Below are positions 49,655 through 58,930 of a stretch of DNA of 64,000 bases, piece by piece. The notes beneath the pieces were generated by a model. The model worked only from the letters and a program-made list of their open reading frames with translations. It was not told the origin of the DNA and did no database searches. The DNA lies in NCBI GenBank assembly GCA_002719295.1, contig PBHC01000016.1, positions 1-64,000 on the forward strand. The letters run 5' to 3'. The position numbers were made by a program, and so were the translations under genes. This DNA is from Chloroflexota bacterium (GTDB taxonomy: Bacteria > Chloroflexota > Dehalococcoidia > Lucifugimonadales > Lucifugimonadaceae). Within the stretch, counting starts at the first letter, position 1; each line of letters opens with the position of its first letter.

Positions 49655-50224
49655 TTGTCAAATAATAGTCCACAAATATTCTTAATTTCCGGACCTTCAG
49701 GAGTAGGAAAAGATTCCATTATTGATGAAATAAGAAAATCATATAAAAATTTTCATTTTGTTATAACAGCTGTTACAAGAAAAAAAAGATCTGACGAGAA
49801 AGACGGAGTTAACCATTTTTTTATTTCAGAAGAAAAATTTCAATTAATGATTGATAACGATGAACTCATTGAATGGTCAAAAGTATATAAAAATTTTTAT
49901 GGTGTTCCAAAATCGCAAATTGAAAAACCTTTAAGTGAGGGTAAATCAATTATATTAAGAGTTGATGTTCAAGGTGCTCAGAAAATAAAAGAAATAATGC
50001 CTAATATTGTTTTAATTTTTATTAAACCTGAAAATTTAGATTTTATAAATAAACATCTAAGAGATAGAGGAGAAAATTCAGAGGAAGAGATTAAAAGAAG
50101 ATTAGATACAGCTGAGAAAGAAATATTGTTATCTAGGAATTTTGATTATGTTATTACTAATCCAGAGGGTAATATTGAGTATGTTATTGATACTGTAAAA
50201 GATATAATTAATAAAAATTTATAA
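49655..50224 (+). CDS. gmk: Guanylate kinase
   Basis: SGPSGVGK, TR..R..E.DG..H.F, EW..V....YG, DVQGA. Confidence 0.95.
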   Translation: MSNNSPQIFLISGPSGVGKDSIIDEIRKSYKNFHFVITAVTRKKRSDEKDGVNHFFISEEKFQLMIDNDELIEWSKVYKNFYGVPKSQIEKPLSEGKSIILRVDVQGAQKIKEIMPNIVLIFIKPENLDFINKHLRDRGENSEEEIKRRLDTAEKEILLSRNFDYVITNPEGNIEYVIDTVKDIINKNL

Positions 50225-50228
50225 ATAT

Positions 50229-51365
50229 ATGAATATACGAAAAATACTAATATCTCCACAAGAATTTAAGGAAAGTTTAACAGGACTTGAAGTTGCAAAA
50301 GCAATACAAGTTGGAATTAATAATATTGATTCGAGCATAGAAACTGTATTAGTTCCCGTCGCTGATGGAGGAGACGGAACTTTACAGACTATGGTTGACG
50401 TTACTGGTGGTGAAATTGTCGAAGAAACTGTTAGTGACCCCTTAGGAAGAAAAATTAGCTCAGTATGGGGGAAATTAGGTGATGATAACAGTGCAGTTAT
50501 AGAAATGGCAAAGGCATCTGGGTTGGCTCTATTAAAAGATAAAGAAAAATCGGCAACACTAACTTCCACTTACGGGACAGGTGAATTATTTAAAAAAGCA
50601 CTTGATAATGGGATATCTAATTTTATAGTAGGTATCGGAGGGAGTGCTACTAATGATGGAGGAGCTGGATTTATTTCTGCTTTAGGGGCAAAGCTTCTTG
50701 ATGAAAATAATAACCTAATAGAACCTTGTGGGAAAAATTTAAATCAAATAACTAAAATTGATATGACAAATTTTGATAACAGAATTCAGAACATATCTGT
50801 AAAAGTTGCATGTGATGTAACTAATCCACTTTGTGGTGAAGAAGGAGCATCTGCGATTTTTGGACCTCAAAAAGGTGCTTCACCTTCTGAGATTAAGTTT
50901 CTTGATGAAAATTTATTGCATTGGGCAAACCTAATAAAAGACCATCTAGGAAAAGATATTTTAAATGTTCCAGGATCTGGAGCAGCAGGAGGTTTAGGGG
51001 CAGGATTGATGGCATTTACTAATGCTGAATTGTCTATAGGAGCTAATATAGTTTTAGATTCTTTAGAATATGAAAAGCATTTAGAAGGTGTAGACTTAGT
51101 AATTGTTGGTGAAGGAAGTACAGATAAATCTACACAATTCAATAAATCTCCAGTAGCTGTAGCTATGAGAGCAAAAAAACTTGGGATTCCTGTTATATGT
51201 TTATCAGGATCTATTGGAGATGGATATAAAGATTCAAGAGAATTAGGTATAACCTCATTTTTTAGCATTGTCTCTGGACCAACAGACTTAAAATATGCTA
51301 TTGATAATGCTTATGACTTAATAATTAAGTCTTCTGAAGAAATTATAAGATCAGTTTTAATCTAG
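50229..51365 (+). CDS. Glycerate kinase (GlxK/GarK type)
   Basis: P..FKESL, P.ADGGDGT, IEMA.ASGL, STYGTGEL, GGSATNDGG.G, FGPQKGA, GAAGGLG. Confidence 0.93.
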   Translation: MNIRKILISPQEFKESLTGLEVAKAIQVGINNIDSSIETVLVPVADGGDGTLQTMVDVTGGEIVEETVSDPLGRKISSVWGKLGDDNSAVIEMAKASGLALLKDKEKSATLTSTYGTGELFKKALDNGISNFIVGIGGSATNDGGAGFISALGAKLLDENNNLIEPCGKNLNQITKIDMTNFDNRIQNISVKVACDVTNPLCGEEGASAIFGPQKGASPSEIKFLDENLLHWANLIKDHLGKDILNVPGSGAAGGLGAGLMAFTNAELSIGANIVLDSLEYEKHLEGVDLVIVGEGSTDKSTQFNKSPVAVAMRAKKLGIPVICLSGSIGDGYKDSRELGITSFFSIVSGPTDLKYAIDNAYDLIIKSSEEIIRSVLI

Positions 51366-51373
51366 GAGTAGTT

Positions 51374-52585
51374 ATGTTAAAAGAGAATGTAGATTTAGTG
51401 ATAATAGGTGGTGGAATCATTGGTTTAGCAACAGCTAATGAAATATTGAGAACTAAAAAAAATATAAATATTATAGTTTTAGAAAAGAGTTCTTCTGTAG
51501 CTTCGCAACAATCTGGTCATAACTCTGGTGTGATTCATTCCGGAATATATTATAAACCAGGATCATTCAAGGCTCAGTTTTGTGTTGAAGGCAGAAAAAC
51601 TATGACTGAATTTTGTGAAAAAAACGAAATCCCTGTTTGGACTTGTGGTAAATTAATAGTTGCTACCAAAGAATCAGATTTGGATAAAATAGATAATCTT
51701 TATGAGAGAGGAACAGAAAATAAAGTTGAAGGGTTAAAAGTAGTATCTCAAGACGAAATGAAAGAAATTGAGCCTCATGTAAAAGCAATTAAGGCATTGC
51801 ATGCACCAAAAACAGGAATTGTAGACTATATAAAAGTTACTGAAGTGTACGCTGATCAATTTAGACACAATGGTGGAGAAGTATTTTTAGATACTGAAGT
51901 ATTAGGATCAGAAGAGTCAAATGGTAAATTAATTATAAAAACTAACAAAGGTGATATTGAGACTAAAAAAGTGATAAATTGTGCTGGCTTACATTCAGAT
52001 AGAATAGCTAAAATGTTTGGCATGAAAACTGATTTGAAAATAATTCCTTTTAGAGGTGAATATTACACTTTGAAAAAATCTAAAGAACATCTTGTTAAAG
52101 GATTGATTTATCCTGTTCCAAATCCAGAATTACCTTTTCTTGGAGTTCATTTTACTCAAACTATGAAAGGCTTTGTTGAAGCTGGCCCTAACGCAGTTTT
52201 GGCAACAAAAAGAGAAGGATATAGAAAAAGAGACATATCATTACGTGATACATTAGAAACTTTTACATATAGTGGTTTTTGGAATCTTTTAAAAAATGAT
52301 TGGAAAACAGGAATATGGGAAATTAACAGATCGCTTAGAAAATCTGTTTTTGTTAAAAGCTTAAGAGAATTAATTCCAGAAGTGAATAGTTCTGATCTTG
52401 ATGTAGGAGGATCTGGAGTGAGGGCTCAAGCTGTTGCACCTGACGGTTCATTAATTGATGATTTTAAAATTGAAGGTTCTGAAAATGCTATACATGTCTT
52501 AAATGCTCCTTCACCTGGAGCAACATCTTCATTAGTTATTGGAAAATATATTAGTAATCTTGCTGTAAAAGAATTAGGAATATAA
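51374..52585 (+). CDS. lhgO: L-2-hydroxyglutarate oxidase
   Basis: IGGGIIGLATA, QSGHNSGVIHSGIYY.PGS.KA, PFRGEY, IYPVP.P..PFLGVH, GVRAQA, NAPSP.ATSSL. Confidence 0.92.
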   Translation: MLKENVDLVIIGGGIIGLATANEILRTKKNINIIVLEKSSSVASQQSGHNSGVIHSGIYYKPGSFKAQFCVEGRKTMTEFCEKNEIPVWTCGKLIVATKESDLDKIDNLYERGTENKVEGLKVVSQDEMKEIEPHVKAIKALHAPKTGIVDYIKVTEVYADQFRHNGGEVFLDTEVLGSEESNGKLIIKTNKGDIETKKVINCAGLHSDRIAKMFGMKTDLKIIPFRGEYYTLKKSKEHLVKGLIYPVPNPELPFLGVHFTQTMKGFVEAGPNAVLATKREGYRKRDISLRDTLETFTYSGFWNLLKNDWKTGIWEINRSLRKSVFVKSLRELIPEVNSSDLDVGGSGVRAQAVAPDGSLIDDFKIEGSENAIHVLNAPSPGATSSLVIGKYISNLAVKELGI

Positions 52586-52747
52586 TTATTCAACAAAAAA
52601 AGAGTCTACTAGAAATACTAGTGGAATAGCTAATATAAAAAATAATATTAATCCGAATAAACCGTTAATACTAGCGCCTACTATTCCTGCAAAAAGTATT
52701 ACTAAAACTAATGCTGGGTATGATATTTTGTCATTTTTTAGATTCAT
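52586..52747 (-). CDS. Small (53-aa) two-helix membrane protein
   Basis: Not in the ORF track. Manual translation MNLKNDKISYPALVLVILFAGIVGASINGLFGLILFFILAIPLVFLVDSFFVE*; AAGGA upstream; fills the lhgO-selC gap almost exactly. Confidence 0.65.
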   Translation of the reverse strand: MNLKNDKISYPALVLVILFAGIVGASINGLFGLILFFILAIPLVFLVDSFFVE

Positions 52748-52758
52748 AAGAGTTTCCT

Positions 52759-52851
52759 TGGCGGGAGAGAAAGGGAATCGAACCCTCCTTGATAAATAAT
52801 ACCAATCATAGTTTTGAAGACTAGAAAATTCACCAGAATATACTCACTCCC
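52759..52851 (-). tRNA. selC: tRNA-Sec (anticodon UCA)
   Basis: 93 nt: 8-bp acceptor GGGAGTGA/TCTCTCCC plus GCCA; 6-bp D-stem with 4-nt TGGT loop; anticodon loop CTTCAAA; long variable arm; T-arm GAGGG-TTCGATT-CCCTT. Confidence 0.9.
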
Positions 52852-52861
52852 TTATAATTTT

Positions 52862-53185
52862 TTATACTACAGAATTAAGTTTTTCTTCAAAATGTTGTTT
52901 TCCAACAGCTCCGATTATTTGATCAACTGGCTTACCGTCTTTAAAAATAACATTCATTGGAATAGACCTAACAAAAAACTTAACTGAAAGGTTTGGATTA
53001 CTATCAACATCAACTTTGGCAAATAAAACTTTACCATCATACTCTTCTGCAAGTTGATCTAATGTAGGTGCAATCATTTTGCAAGGTCCACACCAATCAG
53101 CCCAAAAGTCAACCATTACGGGGATATCAGAATTTTCTACTAACTGTTCAAAATCTGCTTCTGTTACATTTATAGGCTTTGACAT
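52862..53185 (-). CDS. trxA: Thioredoxin
   Basis: VDFWADWCGPCKMIAP, SIP, FKDG. Confidence 0.96.
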   Translation of the reverse strand: MSKPINVTEADFEQLVENSDIPVMVDFWADWCGPCKMIAPTLDQLAEEYDGKVLFAKVDVDSNPNLSVKFFVRSIPMNVIFKDGKPVDQIIGAVGKQHFEEKLNSVV

Positions 53186-53198
53186 ATCATCCTCTCAA

Positions 53199-55754
53199 TT
53201 ATTTTTTTATTTTTATTTTTTTACATTCAAGCTGAGGGACTATTGAAGAGAAATCAGGATTCTTACTAGATTCTAGATCAGTAACCATTCTTCCAAAATA
53301 ATCAGTTGAAGTTATCATTCCTTCAATTTCACCATCTGCTAAAAACTCAGAAGAAATTATTATATTTCCATTTTCATCTTCCAAAGTTATTTTTGTTGAA
53401 TCATTTAAATTGTACGCTGATGCATCATTAGGATGCAATCTTAATTTCACTGGTGTTTTAATTTTGTTCATATCTTCTTCAGATTCTACTGTTATTTCTT
53501 CAGGTCTATTCAAAATTCTTCCAGGTAAATAATATAGGGATTTTGATTCATATTGACCAAGTTCAGTGTCCGAAAATTTTATCAAATTAGATAATGGTTT
53601 TTTACTAATGCTTAAATTATCATCTGATATTTTTGATATAAATGTATTTTTTGCATTTACTATATCTATTTTTTTATCATTATAAATTTTTTCTGATATT
53701 TCCCATATAGACAGTAGATTATTACTTACTGGTTGTATCATCTTAGGAGCATTTTTAATTTTTCCTGCTAAGTTAATAACTGTTGATTCTTGCTCTGCAT
53801 AAGTTTTTGTTGGAATAACAAAATCAGCATTATCAAAAACTTTATTTTTTAAGTGATTTGCATAAATCATTACTTCTAAATTTTCTGAAATTTCATCTAA
53901 CTTGTTTTCAAATAAAAGATCAGGATTAATTCCGTCTCCAAATATAATCAATGCTTTAATTGATTTATCATTTATCTTTTCTAATATTTCTTTAGTAGTT
54001 GTGAATGGTTGTTTATTAGATTCAAATATTTGATAAAAAGAAGAAGATCCTATACCGTTAAATGTTGGATATAATCCTTTTCCTTCACCTTCTAAATTAT
54101 CAGTTATTACAGCTAAGTTATAAATTGAATCAATATAATTATTTGTTTCAAGATCATTTATTGTATCTTGTCCAAAAGTAAATGAAGTTTTATTTGATTT
54201 AGAAATTAATTCTGCAGCTTCATATAATTTTTTTTCTGGGACTTTAGTTATGTTAGAAATTTTAACTGGGTCAAAATTCCACATGAATTTCTTGAAATTA
54301 TCTACTTGATCTGAATCTAAATCTTTATTTTCAAGGTTTTGGTCAAAAATTATTTTACTAATAGCATTTACAATCAATCCTTCAGTTCCGGGGACAGGCT
54401 TTAACCAAAGCTTTGCATACCTAGTTAAGTCTATTTCACGTGGATCAATGACAATAAGTTTAGATTGTTCTTTTGATGCTTTTTTAATTGGCAGAGAAAT
54501 CAAATTGTTTTCTTCTGTAATGTTTGACGAAATAACAACATTGCAATCGGACTTTTCTAGATTCCATATATTAGAAGAGGAAGATAGGTAACCTATCCTT
54601 TCTGATAACGTTTTATAATAAGGAATATTGTTAAGATATGCACTAGCAACATACTTAGTATTTACTTTTTTTGCTAAATTCAATATTCCTAAATTATCTT
54701 CCACAGATGCCCTAGGAGAGGATATTATTGCTATCTCATTTGAATCTAAATTAGATAGCTTTGAGTTCAATTCAGAAAAAACCTGATCATTTTCAATTGT
54801 TTTGTGTTTATAAACTTCTTTGATATATGATTTCTTAATTCTTGATGTTGAGTTCGGATAATCATATCCAAATTTTCCTTTGTAACATAGTTGGCCTCTT
54901 GTTGATTCAGAAGATAAATCTCCTTTGAACCTAACTAATTTCTCTGATTTATTTACTTCAACCAGTGCATCACACCCACCTGCGCAGTTAAAACATGTTG
55001 CATTGAATTCTTTGTCAGATTTTTCCCATTTATAGTTTCTTTCAACTAAAGCTCCTGTTGGGCAAACATCAATACATGCTCCACAAAATTCACATCCTGA
55101 CTCTAGTAATGAAGTCCCATTTGATGTTCCTACCAAAGAAACTCCAGATCTAGAAACTAAAGTCAAAGCTGAATCTATTCTGATTTCATCACAAACCCTA
55201 ACACATCTAGCACAAACAATACACAAATTGTAATCTCTATCGTAAAAAGGGTCATCAACATGAATAGGTAAATCTCTTCTGTTGTAATTTAGAGGAATCG
55301 TCATATCTAGCTGAACAAATCTTGCAGTATCCTTAAGTTCACATCTTTCATTTTTTGGACAGATAGTGCATCTATCCGTAACTGCAACATGTCTTTGACA
55401 GATGTCTTGAGGCCCACATAATTCAGTCCTATGACAAGTAAGACAACCATGTGGATGTTCACTCATCAATAACTCAACAACACCTTTTCTAAGATCATTA
55501 ACAGAATCATTTTCACTTTCTACTTTCATAGAGTCGCCTGCTGGAGTAGTACATGAAGCAACTGTCATTTTTCTTCCATTTGGCATCTCAACTTCAACTA
55601 AACAAGCTCTGCATGCTCCATATGGCTTCATGCTTGGATAATAGCAAAGATATGGGATATAAATATCGTTATCCATTGCTACTTGAAGAATAGTTTGACC
55701 AGACTTTATGTCTAAGTTTTTACCATTTATATTTATTTTTTGTTCATCAGCCAA
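53199..55754 (-). CDS. FDH-alpha/NuoG-like Fe-S protein with a degenerate molybdopterin-oxidoreductase domain
   Basis: 2Fe-2S (LCY...GACRAC...ASC), HPHGCLTC, CIVCARCVRVC, CEFCGACIDVCP, CFNCAGGC...LCYKG; later SN.TE, LIVIDPR, PGT motifs. Confidence 0.85.
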   Translation of the reverse strand: MADEQKININGKNLDIKSGQTILQVAMDNDIYIPYLCYYPSMKPYGACRACLVEVEMPNGRKMTVASCTTPAGDSMKVESENDSVNDLRKGVVELLMSEHPHGCLTCHRTELCGPQDICQRHVAVTDRCTICPKNERCELKDTARFVQLDMTIPLNYNRRDLPIHVDDPFYDRDYNLCIVCARCVRVCDEIRIDSALTLVSRSGVSLVGTSNGTSLLESGCEFCGACIDVCPTGALVERNYKWEKSDKEFNATCFNCAGGCDALVEVNKSEKLVRFKGDLSSESTRGQLCYKGKFGYDYPNSTSRIKKSYIKEVYKHKTIENDQVFSELNSKLSNLDSNEIAIISSPRASVEDNLGILNLAKKVNTKYVASAYLNNIPYYKTLSERIGYLSSSSNIWNLEKSDCNVVISSNITEENNLISLPIKKASKEQSKLIVIDPREIDLTRYAKLWLKPVPGTEGLIVNAISKIIFDQNLENKDLDSDQVDNFKKFMWNFDPVKISNITKVPEKKLYEAAELISKSNKTSFTFGQDTINDLETNNYIDSIYNLAVITDNLEGEGKGLYPTFNGIGSSSFYQIFESNKQPFTTTKEILEKINDKSIKALIIFGDGINPDLLFENKLDEISENLEVMIYANHLKNKVFDNADFVIPTKTYAEQESTVINLAGKIKNAPKMIQPVSNNLLSIWEISEKIYNDKKIDIVNAKNTFISKISDDNLSISKKPLSNLIKFSDTELGQYESKSLYYLPGRILNRPEEITVESEEDMNKIKTPVKLRLHPNDASAYNLNDSTKITLEDENGNIIISSEFLADGEIEGMITSTDYFGRMVTDLESSKNPDFSSIVPQLECKKIKIKK

Positions 55755-55757
55755 TTT

Positions 55758-57461
55758 TTACTCCGTAGAATTTGGTCTTGTTCTAGTTGGTGTAAGCATT
55801 TTTTCTAATGGTTCTACTTTATTATTTAGTGAATCAATAATTTCAGATTCAAAGTATTTCAAAGACGAGGATATAGGATTGTATCCTAATTGTCCATGTC
55901 CACATAGGGATCCAATTTTCATACTGTTTCCTATTCGTTCAAGCAATTGTAAGTCATTTGTATTACTTTTTGAGTCAGCTAATCTCTGAAGTACATCATA
56001 CATATGAGTATTTCCTAATCTACATGGGAAACATTTTCCACATGACTCAAATTGGTTAAATGCAACTAAGTTTCTAATCAAATCAACTACAGATACTGAA
56101 TCGTCACAAACAATAATTCCTCCTGACCCTAGTATTGCTCCAGATTGAGCCATTTCATCAAAATCTATCTTTGTTGAAAAAGCTTCTTTTCCAAGAACTC
56201 CACCCAAGGGGCCACCAGTTTGAAGCATCTTTATTGGTTTATTTGAGTTTGATCCTCCCCCAACCTCTTCTAATACTTCATCAATTGTCATACCCATTGG
56301 TATTTCATACATTCCGGGTCTATTTATATGCCCTGACAAACAAACAATTGCAGTGCCACTAGATTTTTCGGTTCCTGTAGACTTAAACCAATCTGATCCA
56401 TTTTTAATAATTTGTGGAACATAAGAAATAGTTTTCACATTATTTATATTTGTAGGCTTTTTCCATAATCCAGATGCAGCAGGAAAAGGTGGTTTGAAAC
56501 GAGGAGTAGATCTTTTACCTTCTATTGCTTCCATTAAGGCTGTTTCTTCTCCCGCAACATAAGAGTCTCCTGTAAGAGAAACTTCCATATCAAATGAGAA
56601 ATCCGAACCTAAAATATTTTTTCCTAAAAGTCCTTTTTCATAAGCTTCAGCAATGGCTCTTTCAATTGCATTAATTGGAATATCGTGACCTTGTCGGATA
56701 AATACATAAGATTTGTTAGAGTTTGTTGCATATCCATTTAATATTAGACCTTCGACAAGTGTGTGAGGATCAGTTTCCATTATTCCTTTATCATTATATG
56801 CTCCAGGATCTCCCTCTTCACAATTACATAAAACATACTTAACGGGAGCTTTATTTGGTGCTAGAAAGCTCCATTTTACTCCTGTCGGGAATGCGGCCCC
56901 TCCTCTTCCTCTAAGACCAGAATTTTTTACTTCTTCAACAACATCTTCAGGAGACATTTCAAAAAGTGCTTTATTTAATGCTGCATATCCACCTGTAGAA
57001 ATATATTGCAAAATATCTCCAGGTGTTACTTCACCAAAGTTTCTAGTAGCGATTCTCAATTGCTTTGCAAACTGAGGAAGTTCATTTAATTTTGGTATAG
57101 ATGCGTCTAGATTGCGAGAAGATTCATAAGCAAACGAGTTTTCTTTAAGTATTTCGTTAGAAGATGAGTAATGATTAAATATTTTCTCGCTTATTTTTTC
57201 ATCAACATTTGCATAAAAAATCTGATCATTATTGGGCAGAATCACAACAATTAAAGGCTCAAGATACATCAATCCCATAGATCCAACTTCAATTACATTT
57301 ATTTTGTCAGATTTTTTTGAACTAAGTAATGAAAAAATCTCATCAGCTCCAACAGCTTGTCCTGATGTACCAGTTTGTACCTTTATTACAACTTTATTTT
57401 TGTAAATACTATCAATGTATTCATTTGCTAATTTTTCTAAATTTTTATATTGTTCTGTCAT
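55758..57461 (-). CDS. NADH-binding flavoprotein subunit (NuoF/HydB/FdsB-like)
   Basis: SGLRGRGGAAFPTG.KW, EGDPGA..D, YVAGEETAL...IEG, NNV.T, GGPLGG, ESCGKCFPCR.G, SLC..G. Confidence 0.92.
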   Translation of the reverse strand: MTEQYKNLEKLANEYIDSIYKNKVVIKVQTGTSGQAVGADEIFSLLSSKKSDKINVIEVGSMGLMYLEPLIVVILPNNDQIFYANVDEKISEKIFNHYSSSNEILKENSFAYESSRNLDASIPKLNELPQFAKQLRIATRNFGEVTPGDILQYISTGGYAALNKALFEMSPEDVVEEVKNSGLRGRGGAAFPTGVKWSFLAPNKAPVKYVLCNCEEGDPGAYNDKGIMETDPHTLVEGLILNGYATNSNKSYVFIRQGHDIPINAIERAIAEAYEKGLLGKNILGSDFSFDMEVSLTGDSYVAGEETALMEAIEGKRSTPRFKPPFPAASGLWKKPTNINNVKTISYVPQIIKNGSDWFKSTGTEKSSGTAIVCLSGHINRPGMYEIPMGMTIDEVLEEVGGGSNSNKPIKMLQTGGPLGGVLGKEAFSTKIDFDEMAQSGAILGSGGIIVCDDSVSVVDLIRNLVAFNQFESCGKCFPCRLGNTHMYDVLQRLADSKSNTNDLQLLERIGNSMKIGSLCGHGQLGYNPISSSLKYFESEIIDSLNNKVEPLEKMLTPTRTRPNSTE

Positions 57462-57464
57462 ATA

Positions 57465-57944
57465 TTAATTTTTCAATTTATCAATTATTTTTGTAACTTT
57501 TGTTTCATCCAATTTTCCATACATTTTATGATCGATTGCAAAAACTGGACTTTGTGCACATGCACCTAAGCAAGTAGAATATCTTAGAGTAACTTTTTTA
57601 TCTTCAGATTCTCCTTCACCTTTTATTTCTAATTCATCATGAGCTTGATTTATTAGTTTTTGAGCTCCATTAATATGACAACTTGGCCCCCAACAAACAT
57701 CAAGTGTTTTGTCTCCTGGTGGTGTAAATCTGAAATTTGTATAAAATGAGGCTACGCTCCATACATCGTTAATAGTTACACTACAATGGATTGATATTTC
57801 TTCTATGGCTTCATCAGGAATATAGTGAAGAGTGTCTTGCACTGCTAAAAGTGAAGATAATACTGTAACTGTTTTTCTTTTTTGATTAGAAATAGAATCT
57901 TTAATAATATTTCTTAATTTTTCAGAACTTTGATTTTCTGACAA
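57465..57944 (-). CDS. NuoE-like 2Fe-2S subunit
   Basis: L...Q....YIP, VASFY..F, VCWGPSCH..G, CLGACAQSP. Confidence 0.92.
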   Translation of the reverse strand: MSENQSSEKLRNIIKDSISNQKRKTVTVLSSLLAVQDTLHYIPDEAIEEISIHCSVTINDVWSVASFYTNFRFTPPGDKTLDVCWGPSCHINGAQKLINQAHDELEIKGEGESEDKKVTLRYSTCLGACAQSPVFAIDHKMYGKLDETKVTKIIDKLKN

Positions 57945-58021
57945 ATTCTCTCCTGAGTTTATATATTAATTTTATCAATTCAATTTTTAGCTAACAAGAT
58001 ATTATTGTTACAAAATAAGTA

Positions 58022-58798
58022 TTATTTCTTACCTAATGATTTTGCAATCTTCATATCTTCACTTACATCTCTCTGTATTGTTGGACTAATAATTAAGTCT
58101 TGCACAATAGTTCTTTGAGGCATTCTCATACATAATAATATAGCATCTGCTATATCTTCAGGCATCATCATGGTTGATCTTGCTTTAGCATCTGGAGGAA
58201 GTGGCCTATTATCAAGAATTGGCGTATCCACCTCTGCAGGATAAATGGTACAAGTTCTTATATTGTGTTCTCTTAATTCCTGTCTCATTGCCGTCATCAT
58301 TGCAGCTACTGCAGATTTGGCAGATGAATAAGGCACTCCACCCATCAAGCCAGGAGTTACTGCTGCCATAGATGAAATAGTAACAATTGTTCCTTCAGCA
58401 TTTTTTATCATATTTGGGATAATTGCTTGTGACAGTCTATAAACGCCTTCAACATTAACATTAAAAACAGATTGCCAGTCTTCTTTTTCTACGTATCTTA
58501 TAGCTCTTACTTTACTACTATGACCTGCATTGTTTACTAAATACTGAATGTTCCCAAATTCTTTAATCGCTTCGTTTGCAACATTTGCTGCAGCATCTCC
58601 GTCTTCTAAGTCTGCTGAAATATATGCAGCATTTCCACCTGCTTCTATGATTTCTTTTACAGATTCTTTAAGTAAATTTTCTCTTCTTCCAACAATGAAG
58701 ACATTTGCACCTAATTCACCTAGCATTTTTGCTGTTATTCTACCTATGCCTGACCCAGCACCTGTTAAAATAACTGATTTGTCTTTTAATGATTCCAT
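58022..58798 (-). CDS. Short-chain dehydrogenase/reductase
   Basis: TGAGSGIG, NNAG, ISS, YSSAK. Confidence 0.92.
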   Translation of the reverse strand: MESLKDKSVILTGAGSGIGRITAKMLGELGANVFIVGRRENLLKESVKEIIEAGGNAAYISADLEDGDAAANVANEAIKEFGNIQYLVNNAGHSSKVRAIRYVEKEDWQSVFNVNVEGVYRLSQAIIPNMIKNAEGTIVTISSMAAVTPGLMGGVPYSSAKSAVAAMMTAMRQELREHNIRTCTIYPAEVDTPILDNRPLPPDAKARSTMMMPEDIADAILLCMRMPQRTIVQDLIISPTIQRDVSEDMKIAKSLGKK

Positions 58799-58930
58799 TA
58801 TTCCCCCTTAATTAGTTAGAAAACTATAAATCTATTATTCACTATAAAAAAGACATATCCAACGTTAACAGACAATATATTGAATTTTTTATGTGTATTA
58901 TTTATAAATTTGACTAATTCAATTGAAAAT

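Noticed and set aside
53199..55754. Selenocysteine-containing formate dehydrogenase
   Set aside because: The ORF is uninterrupted with no TGA, and the Cys/Sec-His active-site motif is absent.
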